Below, in pieces: positions 63,125-64,000 of a stretch of 64,000 bases of DNA. Each line of letters opens with the position of its first letter. Position 1 is the first letter of the stretch. A model generated the notes under the pieces. That model searched no databases. It saw only the letters and a list, made by a program, of their open reading frames with translations, and was not told the origin of the DNA. This stretch comes from a virus (taxonomy: Duplodnaviria; Caudoviricetes): the IMG/VR virus record IMGVR_UViG_3300008113_000019, positions 32,001 to 96,000 of that record; one strand, written 5' to 3'. Position numbers and translations under genes: made by a program.

Positions 63125-63630
63125 TTCTTTTTCTTTGCTTCTTCTTCAATTGCCGCCTTGTTGTCAATTATCCATTGTTGGAGCTGTCTGAGCTGCTCTG
63201 CGTTGGCTTGACAGTTGGCGTAGTTGGAGATGATGGTGAGGAGGGCCGTATTGTCTTTAATTCCTGAGGAGGTCGCATCAGAAGCTCTGGCGGGGTCGGC
63301 ATCACCGGCACTGGCACTAGCGTCGTGCGTGTACACCCAGCCGTTAGACAGATTGTACTGGCCAGGAACGTTGTTTTTACCAAGGTCGCGATAGACATAT
63401 TCTTTTTCCCTAATTACATTCACACGATCAATATACTCAGTTACTACATTGTTTGAAATCTCAGCATTCTTCTTTTCTAGTTCTGCAATCTTTGCATTTG
63501 CTTTTGCCGAGAATCTAGCCAACTCTGCTTCAGCGTGAGCGGATCCCTTCATATATCCATAAAAGAAAACGCCAAGAATGAGTGCTAATCCTGCTAGCAA
63601 CTTATATGGAAAAGGAATCATGCTCAACAT
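63121..63630 (-). CDS. inner-membrane spanin (Rz-like)
   Basis: N-terminal TM, coiled coil, N...C......L..LQ.WI end; contains an embedded lipoprotein ORF. Confidence 0.8.
   Translation of the reverse strand: MLSMIPFPYKLLAGLALILGVFFYGYMKGSAHAEAELARFSAKANAKIAELEKKNAEISNNVVTEYIDRVNVIREKEYVYRDLGKNNVPGQYNLSNGWVYTHDASASAGDADPARASDATSSGIKDNTALLTIISNYANCQANAEQLRQLQQWIIDNKAAIEEEAKKKK
63168..63398 (-). CDS. outer-membrane spanin lipoprotein (Rz1-like), fully embedded
   Basis: Signal peptide with lipobox LTAG-C and Pro-rich P.PPELLM.PP..L body, in an alternate frame of Rz. Confidence 0.8.
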   Translation of the reverse strand: MSIATLVKTTFLASTICLTAGCTRTTLVPVPVMPTPPELLMRPPQELKTIRPSSPSSPTTPTVKPTQSSSDSSNNG

Positions 63631-63631
63631 A

Positions 63632-63985
63632 TTATTTTCTCATAAACCTACTAAAAGTCATAATGTTCTTTTTCTTTTTCTTTACACCTGGTTCGCCCTG
63701 TGGACCTACACCAAGACCAGCAACATTACCAGCACCGGCAGCATTCACTGCAACTTCTTCGTGCATCTCGCCATCATTTTCAGAACTCAGTTCTCTAAAC
63801 TTTGTCTGTATACCACGGTGGAAAGAATCAGCAGAATGTTTATGCTTAAACTTAAAAGCTACACCTTTATCAGAAGCATAATGAACCTCACCGCCGTGTA
63901 CTTCAACATGCTTCTTGAACTCTGGCGAATTGAGTTGTTTAGCACCATGAGAATCATATGTTGAAACGTGTACTGAATGAATCAT
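63632..63985 (-). CDS. hypothetical protein
   Basis: N.AG.G.VAGLG...GEPGV.KKK tail seen in T4-like phages. Confidence 0.65.
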   Translation of the reverse strand: MIHSVHVSTYDSHGAKQLNSPEFKKHVEVHGGEVHYASDKGVAFKFKHKHSADSFHRGIQTKFRELSSENDGEMHEEVAVNAAGAGNVAGLGVGPQGEPGVKKKKKNIMTFSRFMRK

Positions 63986-64000
63986 ACCAGCAGCTTCTAC

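Overview
A 64 kb segment of a T4-like (T4 superfamily) myovirus genome. The host is most likely an alphaproteobacterium, inferred from a circularly permuted two-piece tmRNA with an ANDN...ALAA tag. Layout: 1-25.6 kb minus-strand tail fibre and baseplate genes (collagen-like fibre, DUF4815/VrlC-like, gp8, gp7, gp6, gp25, gp5, gp53, gp48). 25.6-32.5 kb plus-strand gp4, gp2, tube protein, gp26, gp51 and two paralogous tail-associated hydrolases. 32.5-64 kb minus-strand replication, metabolism and early genes (gp32, gp59, gp33, SleB-type hydrolase, tmRNA, exonuclease, PhoH, RNase H, heptose pathway plus glycosyltransferase, glutaredoxin, SAM decarboxylase, nrdAB, thyX, primase, embedded spanins). 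Main unexplained signals: (1) a separately promoted 61-codon early gene whose coding sequence is almost free of guanine; (2) a ~55 nt RNA leader with three compensatory base-pair changes, present in front of two antisense-inserted NUMOD3/GIY-YIG genes; (3) an unannotated, probably leaderless ArfA-like peptide with an internal hairpin, alongside the phage tmRNA; (4) a ~250 nt structured late leader before the cell-wall hydrolase; (5) a GmhA/HddA/phosphatase/glycosyltransferase operon; (6) a GC-rich cassette island with 18 bp junction repeats. All family assignments are from motif recognition and synteny, with no database search.
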